Shown one piece after another: positions 35,163 through 41,702 of a stretch of 64,000 nucleotides of DNA (positions are counted from its first letter, which is position 1; every line of letters starts with the position of its first letter). This DNA is from a virus. Under the pieces are notes generated by a model, which made no database searches, was not told the origin of the DNA, and saw nothing but the letters and a program-made list of their open reading frames with translations. The stretch lies in IMG/VR virus record IMGVR_UViG_3300021061_000001, one strand, 5' to 3'. Made by a program: the position numbers and the translations under genes.

Positions 35163-36110
35163 GTGTCCACGATCCGCCTTTTCTCGGGCAACCAGCCCGA
35201 ACCAGCCCTCACCGTGCGCCAGGTCATCGCCGCCTACCTTGACCAGAAGGCGCTCGACCACCTCGCCGGCGCTTTCAGCCTCAAAGCCCTGGAATCGGCC
35301 CGCCATTACCTTGGCCGCTTCGCCAAGGACTTCGGCGATCTGCCCGTCAGCCAGTGCCACAAGAACGATCTGACACACTGGCTGCTCAAGCACCCGGAAT
35401 GGGAATCGACCTTCACCCGCCACGATGCCGTCGGCCGCGTGGTGACGTGCTTTTACTGGGCCGAGGACGAGCTGGGCATCGTCAGCCGCTACCGCCGCCC
35501 CAAGTTCGTGGGCGCCCCCCTGCGCCCACGGCCGGCCATCGAGCCGGCCGAATACCGCGCCATGCAGCGCTATGCTCGCCGGGCCAGGAACACCCGCCGC
35601 ATGCTCCGCACGCGAAACGTATTCCGTGCCGCCTTGTCCTTCCTGTGGCGGACGGGTGCCCGGCCCTGCGAGATGCGCACCGCTCAATGGACCGAACTCG
35701 ACTGGCGCCGAGAGATCATCGTCACCAAGAACAAGACCGAGAAGGCGACCGGCAAGGACCGCATGATCCCCGTCGGCTCCGTCATGCACCTCTTGCGCTG
35801 GCTCTACCGCCGCAAGAAGCCCGGTCAGACGCACATCTTCACCAACACCCTGGGAAAGCCCTGGACGGCCGACCGCTTCGCCAAGGAGTTCCGCCGCTAC
35901 GCCAACCTGGCCGGCGTCCGCCAGAAGGTGAGCGCCTACTGCCTGCGCCATGGCATGTGCGTCCGGCTGCTGGAGAAGGGCGAGGGGGAGAGGCAGATAG
36001 CCGACGTGCTCGGCCACGAATCGACCCGCTACGTGAGCTGGTACGGCAGAACGACCCGGACCATGGCCGACTACCTCAACGACGTGATTCGCCGGAAGAA
36101 GCGGCCCTGA
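35163..36110 (+). CDS. int: tyrosine recombinase / phage integrase
   Basis: 315 aa, GTG start with a GGAGG RBS. It carries WRTGARPCE (Arg), CLRHGMCVR (His-x-x-Arg), VLGHES (His) and YVSWYGR (Tyr). Confidence 0.9.
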   Translation: MSTIRLFSGNQPEPALTVRQVIAAYLDQKALDHLAGAFSLKALESARHYLGRFAKDFGDLPVSQCHKNDLTHWLLKHPEWESTFTRHDAVGRVVTCFYWAEDELGIVSRYRRPKFVGAPLRPRPAIEPAEYRAMQRYARRARNTRRMLRTRNVFRAALSFLWRTGARPCEMRTAQWTELDWRREIIVTKNKTEKATGKDRMIPVGSVMHLLRWLYRRKKPGQTHIFTNTLGKPWTADRFAKEFRRYANLAGVRQKVSAYCLRHGMCVRLLEKGEGERQIADVLGHESTRYVSWYGRTTRTMADYLNDVIRRKKRP

Positions 36111-36346
36111 TTCGCCGACACCTGGCGGGTGTGTTTCGGCCTGTGAGAGGAAGTTGCGCCCCAAGGTCGTGCGCGCGGCCCATCTAGGGTCACGCCCCGA
36201 CGCGCGGCACATTGGTCGGTCTGTGACCGGCCAGTCAAGCGGGTTACCCGCCCAATCGCGGAGGTTTTCGTACTCGACGCGGCGTGCCATTTGGGACTGC
36301 CTTGGTGGACCTTGGATCTGGCTTGGTCAAAGCATAGGCGGCTTAC

Positions 36347-36393
36347 TTGCAAAATGCAAGATCAAAATTTCCGCAAATTTTGCAATTGCAAAA
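36347..36393. promoter_or_regulatory. two TTGCAA-type palindromes upstream of the first HTH gene
   Basis: TTGCA-AAA-TGCAA spans 36347-36359. The perfect 16-bp TTTTGCAATTGCAAAA spans 36378-36393. Confidence 0.5.
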
Positions 36394-36415
36394 AGACAGG
36401 AAGTGGGATAGCTTT

Positions 36416-36670
36416 ATGAGCATGCACAAGGATTCGTCAGGTATGCCAACCTCGGAACTTCAGGAGTTCATGAACCTGAAGGGTTGGAACCGAACCAAGC
36501 TGGCAGCGGCTCTCGACATAACCGCCAATACGGTAGATCGTTGGTTCATGGCCGGAAAAGTCGCTGGCGGTCCCCCATCCATCCTTCTCCGCGAGTGGCT
36601 GGAGCGCGAACGCGCCCGGGCCGCCCACGAGGGGAACGGTCGCAAGCAACTCACTGGCTCCGCTAGCTAA
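36416..36670 (+). CDS. HTH DNA-binding protein (84 aa)
   Basis: WNRTKLAAALDITANTVDRWF looks like a helix-turn-helix. ATG at 36416. Confidence 0.6.
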   Translation: MSMHKDSSGMPTSELQEFMNLKGWNRTKLAAALDITANTVDRWFMAGKVAGGPPSILLREWLERERARAAHEGNGRKQLTGSAS

Positions 36671-36721
36671 ACCCTGCGCGGAGCCACATCATGGAACCAT
36701 TCCGCAGTTTCTGCGTCGGAC

Positions 36722-36750
36722 TTGACCAGTCTGGTCAAGCGTCCTATCCT
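36722..36750 (+). promoter_or_regulatory. promoter/operator module TTGACC-N5-GGTCAA-N6-TATCCT
   Basis: The -35-like TTGACC forms the left half of a 17-bp palindrome. A 17-nt spacer leads to TATCCT. The module lies 19 nt before ATG 36769. The same layout occurs at 43674-43702 on the minus strand. Confidence 0.6.
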
Positions 36751-36768
36751 CCAACAGAGGAGGACGAC

Positions 36769-37002
36769 ATGCAGACCAAACCGCGCGCCTTGTTCACCCC
36801 GGAACTCATCAAGGAGATCCGCGCCACGCTGGGGCTCACGCTGGAGCAGGCCGCGGCCCGCGCCGGGGTAACCCTGTTCACCTGGCACCGCTGGGAGTCG
36901 GGCAAGCGCCATCCGCGCTGGCAGCATCAGCAGACGCTCGAAGAGATGTACGAATCAGCGAAGCGGAAGCGGCCGAAGAAGCCGCAGACGGAGGGTGAGT
37001 GA
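36769..37002 (+). CDS. XRE/Cro-CI-type HTH regulator (77 aa), candidate repressor
   Basis: GAGGAGGA RBS. LIKEIRATLGLTLEQAAARAGVTLFTWHRWESG is a typical HTH_3 pattern. Confidence 0.7.
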   Translation: MQTKPRALFTPELIKEIRATLGLTLEQAAARAGVTLFTWHRWESGKRHPRWQHQQTLEEMYESAKRKRPKKPQTEGE

Positions 37003-37005
37003 GTT

Positions 37006-37245
37006 ATGGGCGTCATGCCATGCTACCGGGCCGGCTGCCCGAACATCCTTTGCGACCACTTTTTGAACGGCCACTACATCTGCCTTGAGTGCCAGATGGA
37101 TTTTGACAAACTCCTGGAGGACTGGCCAAAGCAGATGACGCGTGCCGGGATCAAGAGGCGAATCGAGGAGTTTTTCGCCAAGTCGAAGGACGACTACGAA
37201 GTAGTTGACGTGGACGAGGCGATCAAGAAATTGGAAGAACCATAA
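37006..37245 (+). CDS. zinc-ribbon protein (79 aa)
   Basis: CYRAGCPNILC ... CLEC. It is the last gene of the plus-strand island. Confidence 0.6.
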   Translation: MGVMPCYRAGCPNILCDHFLNGHYICLECQMDFDKLLEDWPKQMTRAGIKRRIEEFFAKSKDDYEVVDVDEAIKKLEEP

Positions 37246-37256
37246 GCGATCCGCGA

Positions 37257-37673
37257 CTAGCCCCCATCCTTGCCCGCCCCTTGGCGGGCCTTCCTTGCCC
37301 TTCTGGCCTTCTCGCAGAGCCTGTCCACCAGCCTGGCCGACCACGGTTGCGACCAGCGTTTTTCCGGCTCGACCCGGTGCTCCAGCATGTGCAGCGCCAG
37401 CGCGTGAGCGCTCCAGCCCTGGCCGCGCTGGGTTAGGAAATATTCCCCCCAGCGCACGTCGTCGGCCTGGGCCTGGCTCTGTCGCCAGTCCTTGCGCCTG
37501 GCGGCGCGGATTAGCTTGGGCCAGGGCCAGAAGGTCTTGTGATGGCGTCCCCGATACCAGACCCAGATACCGTCGGGGGTGGGGCAGTAGACGAGGGGGT
37601 TGCCGGCCTGGTCGGTGAGGTGGGGGAGGGTAATGCGGCCTGGCTTGGGGGGGCGCTTATCGTGGCGGGGCAT
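37257..37673 (-). CDS. hypothetical protein (138 aa)
   Basis: Trp/Arg-rich but a plausible protein. The ATG abuts the repeat with no visible Shine-Dalgarno sequence. Confidence 0.55.
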   Translation of the reverse strand: MPRHDKRPPKPGRITLPHLTDQAGNPLVYCPTPDGIWVWYRGRHHKTFWPWPKLIRAARRKDWRQSQAQADDVRWGEYFLTQRGQGWSAHALALHMLEHRVEPEKRWSQPWSARLVDRLCEKARRARKARQGAGKDGG

Positions 37674-37776
37674 CGCTTAAAGTGTCGCTTAAAGTGTCGT
37701 GATCCCGAATTTCTGTACTGCGACTTGCATTACAATTTTGGACCAGCTTTCGATTTGTATTGCGCTTAGCATTACA
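37674..37776. promoter_or_regulatory. AT-richer intergenic region with direct repeats
   Basis: CGCTTAAAGTGT occurs twice at 37674-37697. GCG.CTT.GCATTACA occurs twice, with GCATTACA at 37727 and 37769, 42 bp apart. Confidence 0.45.
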
Positions 37777-37781
37777 TTTTC

Positions 37782-38060
37782 TCACCCTCGATCGATCTCC
37801 AGTCCGACCCGGGCCGCGAAGTAGAGCCGCGCCAGCCCGTCGTCATCCGCAGCCAGGCCGAGTTTCCTCTTGATCCCGGAGCGGAACGAGTTGACGGTTC
37901 TGGCCGAGATCCCGAGACGCCTGGCGATCTCCCGGGGAGTATACCCCATTGCGATGTGGGCGAGGATGTCCCCCTCGCGCGGCGAAAGGCCCTGGACCCG
38001 CGCGATCGTGTCGTGCAGGTCCAGGGCGAATAGTTCGGTGGCTCGCTGGATGGTCAGCAC
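37782..38060 (-). CDS. LuxR/GerE-type HTH protein (92 aa)
   Basis: LSPREGDILAHIAMGYTPREIARRLGISARTVNSFRSGIKRKLG. GTG at 38060 has GAGGAGGA 9 nt upstream and overlaps the upstream stop. Confidence 0.7.
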   Translation of the reverse strand: MLTIQRATELFALDLHDTIARVQGLSPREGDILAHIAMGYTPREIARRLGISARTVNSFRSGIKRKLGLAADDDGLARLYFAARVGLEIDRG

Positions 38061-38419
38061 TGTTGACCGTCCTCCTCGCAAAACATCTGGACGTGCATGA
38101 TGCAGCGGAGCGGAGCGTCCAGCAGGACCATCACGCCCTCCCGCCGGCAGTGTGCCACCGTTTCGCGTGGACAGCCACGAATGCCAACCACGCTTGGCCA
38201 GCCGGCAAGTTGCACAGCATCGACAGCATCGCGCAGCTCCGCGTCGGTCCATGTTGCCGACGTGAAGCACAGCAGCATCGGGCGATCGTTCGGTTCGATG
38301 ATGGCGCATTCGCCATCACGGTTTTTCAGCGCCAACCACTCGGCGGGCTCATCGGGGAGCGACGGCGTCGGCAGAGCGTCCGTCAAATACTTGTCCAGGT
38401 TGACCAGTTTGTGCCTCAT
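38054..38419 (-). CDS. hypothetical protein (121 aa) coupled to the LuxR-type HTH gene
   Basis: The stop lies inside GTGCTGA, which is shared with the next start. Confidence 0.6.
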   Translation of the reverse strand: MRHKLVNLDKYLTDALPTPSLPDEPAEWLALKNRDGECAIIEPNDRPMLLCFTSATWTDAELRDAVDAVQLAGWPSVVGIRGCPRETVAHCRREGVMVLLDAPLRCIMHVQMFCEEDGQQC

Positions 38420-38440
38420 GTCTGGCCTCGCGACAGTGCT

Positions 38441-38527
38441 GGAGCCCCGCTTGGGCGATTTTGTTTAGCCTAGGTACCGTTTTCAATGCGACCCGCAGCA
38501 ATTGCGGGAGGCACCTTCGGTCTTGGG
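38441..38527. repeat. intergenic two-hairpin element, copy A
   Basis: It shares GGAGCCCCGCTTGGGC and TTCAATG.GACCCGCAGCAATTGCGGGAGG..CCTTCG with copy B. Copy A carries a 25-bp insertion. Confidence 0.75.
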
Positions 38528-38573
38528 CCGGTCCGATTTACTCGGCCTGCTCCCGCGCTTCGATGATCTGGTT

Positions 38574-38849
38574 TTAGCGCTGACCATCGCTCAACTGCAC
38601 TTCGCCGATTACGCGGCAGTCGCCGCACGACGCCACTCGCAAGTCGCCCAGAGCCACGCAGTATTCCTGGCCCTCGTCGCCCTGCGTGAAGCACACCAAG
38701 CCGGCCTCTTCCTCGTTCTCGCCCCACCACGAGCCGTCCACGAACTCGGCTCCCTCGATCACGTTCGAGGGCTCCCAGCCGATTGGAACGCACCAGCGGG
38801 CTTGCGGAATCGAACTGCGGCGCCCAAGGCGGATTTTCAACTGAGCCAT
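38574..38849 (-). CDS. hypothetical protein (91 aa)
   Basis: It is preceded by the conserved leader TTTTTAACGGAGGGTAGGACA. Confidence 0.6.
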   Translation of the reverse strand: MAQLKIRLGRRSSIPQARWCVPIGWEPSNVIEGAEFVDGSWWGENEEEAGLVCFTQGDEGQEYCVALGDLRVASCGDCRVIGEVQLSDGQR

Positions 38850-38911
38850 TGTCCTACCCTCCGTTAAAAAGTGTCCGTGTTCTTTGCTTCAATGGGTCCA
38901 TCGACGAATGA

Positions 38912-38989
38912 CCGCAACTCGCGAGCGTACTCTTGCGCGTCCTCGCGTGAGCCGAAAGTCTGCTCGCGATTGAGGCCACAATCGCGGCC
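38912..38989. repeat. 78-bp perfect repeat, copy 1 (startless gene remnant)
   Basis: It is identical to 40406-40483. Here its reading frame has an upstream stop at 39014-39016 and no start codon. Confidence 0.9.
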
Positions 38990-38990
38990 A

Positions 38991-39404
38991 TCACCTGCGG
39001 TGCGGCAACTCGCTCATCGGCGCCAACTCTGCCTCGAATATGCACTCGGATGCCCTCCTTGGGTCGTAGTGGTCCGAGCCCGTCTGGGCCCACACCTTTC
39101 CATTCTCGTCAATGAGCACGAACTCCTCCCATGGGCGCCTATCTGCCACGACGCGACTATCGCCGGGCGTTAGCGGCTCTAGCCGCCCGTCGACGGCGCG
39201 CCTGTGCGTCGCAAGCAAACCGGCGCGGGATGCCAGGTCGTGAAAGAAGTTGCTCCCGCCATAGGTGGGCGTGGCGGCCGGTGTCCAGCCTGCGGGGATG
39301 TCCCCGCTGACCTCGACGCGGTAGGTGGCCCAGCCGGGGTTGATGCTACTCATGTCTGTCGGCCGGTGGGAATCCACCTTGACGGCCTTTAGGACTAGTT
39401 TCAT
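38991..39404 (-). CDS. hypothetical protein (137 aa)
   Basis: AGGAGGAAA RBS region upstream and balanced composition. Confidence 0.6.
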   Translation of the reverse strand: MKLVLKAVKVDSHRPTDMSSINPGWATYRVEVSGDIPAGWTPAATPTYGGSNFFHDLASRAGLLATHRRAVDGRLEPLTPGDSRVVADRRPWEEFVLIDENGKVWAQTGSDHYDPRRASECIFEAELAPMSELPHRR

Positions 39405-39473
39405 TGTTTCCTCCTAGCCAGCGGAGTCGGTCATTTTCGCCGCAGTGACCGATAGTTTGGGGAGCTTACCCCC

Positions 39474-39540
39474 GGAGCCCCGCTTGGGCTCACTTCAATG
39501 TGACCCGCAGCAATTGCGGGAGGGCGCCTTCGATCCTGGG
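39474..39540. repeat. intergenic two-hairpin element, copy B
   Basis: See copy A. It overlaps the last codons of the ORF ending at 39490. Confidence 0.75.
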
Positions 39541-39783
39541 TACCGGCATCACCGTGCATTCGATGCGTCGGCGTTTGCCGGCTATTGTCACCTTGCCGCG
39601 ATAGATTGTGGCTCCGCTCTTGGTGTCCTTGCCGATAACTGGCTTCGCCGTCAGGCTCAGGTCGCCGAGAGCCTTTTGGGCCGCGACGAAATCGGGGTTA
39701 CTGTCTTCCAACTCGCCGCGCAGGCCCGCCAGGTCCATGTACTGGCGGACCGCAGCGATGGTGATGTACCAGCGCCATGTCAT
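39490..39783 (-). CDS. hypothetical protein (97 aa)
   Basis: ATG at 39783 overlaps the upstream stop (ATGA). Confidence 0.6.
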   Translation of the reverse strand: MTWRWYITIAAVRQYMDLAGLRGELEDSNPDFVAAQKALGDLSLTAKPVIGKDTKSGATIYRGKVTIAGKRRRIECTVMPVPRIEGALPQLLRVTLK

Positions 39784-40310
39784 GGAGTACCTCGGTCCAA
39801 TGACATCTTGACGGGGTATCGCGACGGAACGTCCGCCGCTTGCTGCTCGGCCAACCCGGCATGCAGCGCGAATGTATGAGTCGCCGACGATGCGCCGGCA
39901 AGGCGGGCCGAATGATATCTGGCCACACTTGCGCGGTCGCGATAATACTGCGCGGTCGCGACCCTGACCGGAAGAGGCACCGGGCCAACAGGACAATCAT
40001 CTCCCAGCCATTCAATCAACTCCTCCGCTTCGTCCTCATCCATGTCGAGCAGCAGCGCCAGCACGGGGACTCGCTCGATGTCATACATGGCAGCCCAATC
40101 CTTGCGGTCCCATTCGCGCTGCTCGTCGTCGCTCAGGGACGGGGGGTTGTTCCGCCACGCCGCCACGCAACAACGTTTCCAACGGCGAGCGTCGGCGGCA
40201 GACAGATAGTAGGCGTGAGAGCCAATGACAACGCCGTTGCCGCCGTCGCCATAACTGGCGTCAACGCATTCGCATTCGGTGTCCGTTAGTCTGTACAGGT
40301 AGTGCTTCAT
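39780..40310 (-). CDS. hypothetical protein (176 aa)
   Basis: ATG at 40310 is preceded by the shared leader GGACCCATTGAAGCAAAG. Confidence 0.6.
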   Translation of the reverse strand: MKHYLYRLTDTECECVDASYGDGGNGVVIGSHAYYLSAADARRWKRCCVAAWRNNPPSLSDDEQREWDRKDWAAMYDIERVPVLALLLDMDEDEAEELIEWLGDDCPVGPVPLPVRVATAQYYRDRASVARYHSARLAGASSATHTFALHAGLAEQQAADVPSRYPVKMSLDRGTP

Positions 40311-40393
40311 GTTCTTTCCCTTTGCTTCAATGGGTCCACCCCTGTTCGCTGGGGCCGCGTTCCCGCCTGAAACCCCGGCGGGTCGGGTTCGGG

Positions 40394-40927
40394 CTACTCC
40401 TTGGCCCGCAACTCGCGAGCGTACTCTTGCGCGTCCTCGCGTGAGCCGAAAGTCTGCTCGCGATTGAGGCCACAATCGCGGCCTTGGCCCTCGGTCCACT
40501 CGTACCAGGACACGGTGTAGCCGTTGCCGCTGATCGTCACCGTCACGTCTTCGTAATTCTTCATCGTCCTACCCTCCGTTAAAAAGATGGCCGTCGCCTC
40601 AATGCTGTCCGTTCTCGGGGCCGCTTTGCCGCTCGGGTCGCTGTTTAGCAGCATCCACAATTCGGCCTCGTCGAGTCTGACGGCGACCCATTCGCCGTCG
40701 GACCAAACAAACCATCGCCATGACCAGTCGTTAGCGTTATTGAGCCTCGCAATCCGCTTGTACTCGTCGTACACGGAACGGACGTAGCCTGTAATCTGCG
40801 GCTCGTTGCCTGGACTGCTAATGCGCAGACTGGTCTGGCCGTTGCGATCTGTCCACCGCTCTGGCGAGTTAGTCCACGCCAACCCGACACGGCTGCGGCG
40901 AGTGATGGTTAGTGTCGTTGCGGTCAT
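40394..40927 (-). CDS. hypothetical protein (177 aa) with a nested in-frame start at 40564 (56-aa product)
   Basis: ATG at 40927 has an AGGAGA RBS. An internal copy of the leader TTTTTAACGGAGGGTAGGACG precedes the in-frame ATG at 40564. Confidence 0.55.
   Translation of the reverse strand: MTATTLTITRRSRVGLAWTNSPERWTDRNGQTSLRISSPGNEPQITGYVRSVYDEYKRIARLNNANDWSWRWFVWSDGEWVAVRLDEAELWMLLNSDPSGKAAPRTDSIEATAIFLTEGRTMKNYEDVTVTISGNGYTVSWYEWTEGQGRDCGLNREQTFGSREDAQEYARELRAKE
40406..40483. repeat. 78-bp perfect repeat, copy 2 (coding)
   Basis: It is identical to 38912-38989 and encodes GRDCGLNREQTFGSREDAQEYARELR. Confidence 0.9.
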
Positions 40928-41061
40928 GATTCGTTCTCCTGAGTTAAGCGTGTGTGAATAGCACCAGCCCCGGCCCGTAACCTGGCAGGGTGGACGGGCG
41001 CGGGCGCTGGTGCGTGGATCGTTCGTTGTGCGGTGGATTCCCTGCCAGGAATATCCCAAGT

Positions 41062-41280
41062 TTAGCACGGTTTTAGCGCGGTGTTAAGCGTGCTGCTGTC
41101 TCGCGCGCTGTCTCGCGCGGCGGCTTCCAGGCCGGCATCGAAGCACGCTTGCATGACGGCCCCCAGCATTTCGCGGCCGATGTCGTCAAGCTGGCCGAGA
41201 AGCACGGGGACATAGGACAGCGCCACATCGGCCCGTACCGAGTAGGGCGCGGCTGCGGATTGTTGGCTAATCTTCGGCAT
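41062..41280 (-). CDS. small protein (72 aa)
   Basis: Compact ORF between coupled genes. Confidence 0.5.
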   Translation of the reverse strand: MPKISQQSAAAPYSVRADVALSYVPVLLGQLDDIGREMLGAVMQACFDAGLEAAARDSARDSSTLNTALKPC

Positions 41281-41285
41281 CGCGG

Positions 41286-41624
41286 CTACCTCCTCGCGTC
41301 GAAGTCGTCCAGGTCCAGGACCTGGGCGGGTGATGGTTCATGCTGCTTTCCCTCCGCTTTGGCGAGAGCGGCATTGATTGCATCCAAGCAAGATCCGTTG
41401 CCGTCGTATTCACTGGCCATAGCATGAGCCATCTTGCATGCCGCCAGTAGTGCCGGCGCGGCTGCGATCAGCCGGGCATTGGCTTCTGCTTCGGCAATCG
41501 AGATGTCTGGCAGCATCCGGCGCAACCTCGCTACAATCCAGTTCTCAGAATCAACAATCACCATGTCCCTTCGTTCGTTCACGCAAACGAATTTCCATGG
41601 CCCCGGCGTGTGCGGCATCTTCAT
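41286..41624 (-). CDS. conserved small phage protein (112 aa)
   Basis: PGPW ... EANARLIAAAPALL is a recurrent phage motif of unknown function. Confidence 0.65.
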   Translation of the reverse strand: MKMPHTPGPWKFVCVNERRDMVIVDSENWIVARLRRMLPDISIAEAEANARLIAAAPALLAACKMAHAMASEYDGNGSCLDAINAALAKAEGKQHEPSPAQVLDLDDFDARR

Positions 41625-41702
41625 TCCCTCCCATTCGCGGTTAGTGGTAAACGGCCTCCGCCGTCGCCCTGGTGGGGATGCCAGGGCGTCAGCGGCGGCC
41701 GG

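Noticed and set aside
34929-36290. A 453-aa minus-strand ORF across the integrase locus.
   Set aside because: It is antisense to a gene carrying the complete tyrosine-recombinase catalytic signature.
34900-36420. A tRNA gene or tRNA-derived attP core next to the integrase.
   Set aside because: I scanned the flanking non-coding DNA by eye for T-loop-like GGTTCGA..CC and acceptor-stem patterns and found none. This does not exclude a non-tRNA attachment core.
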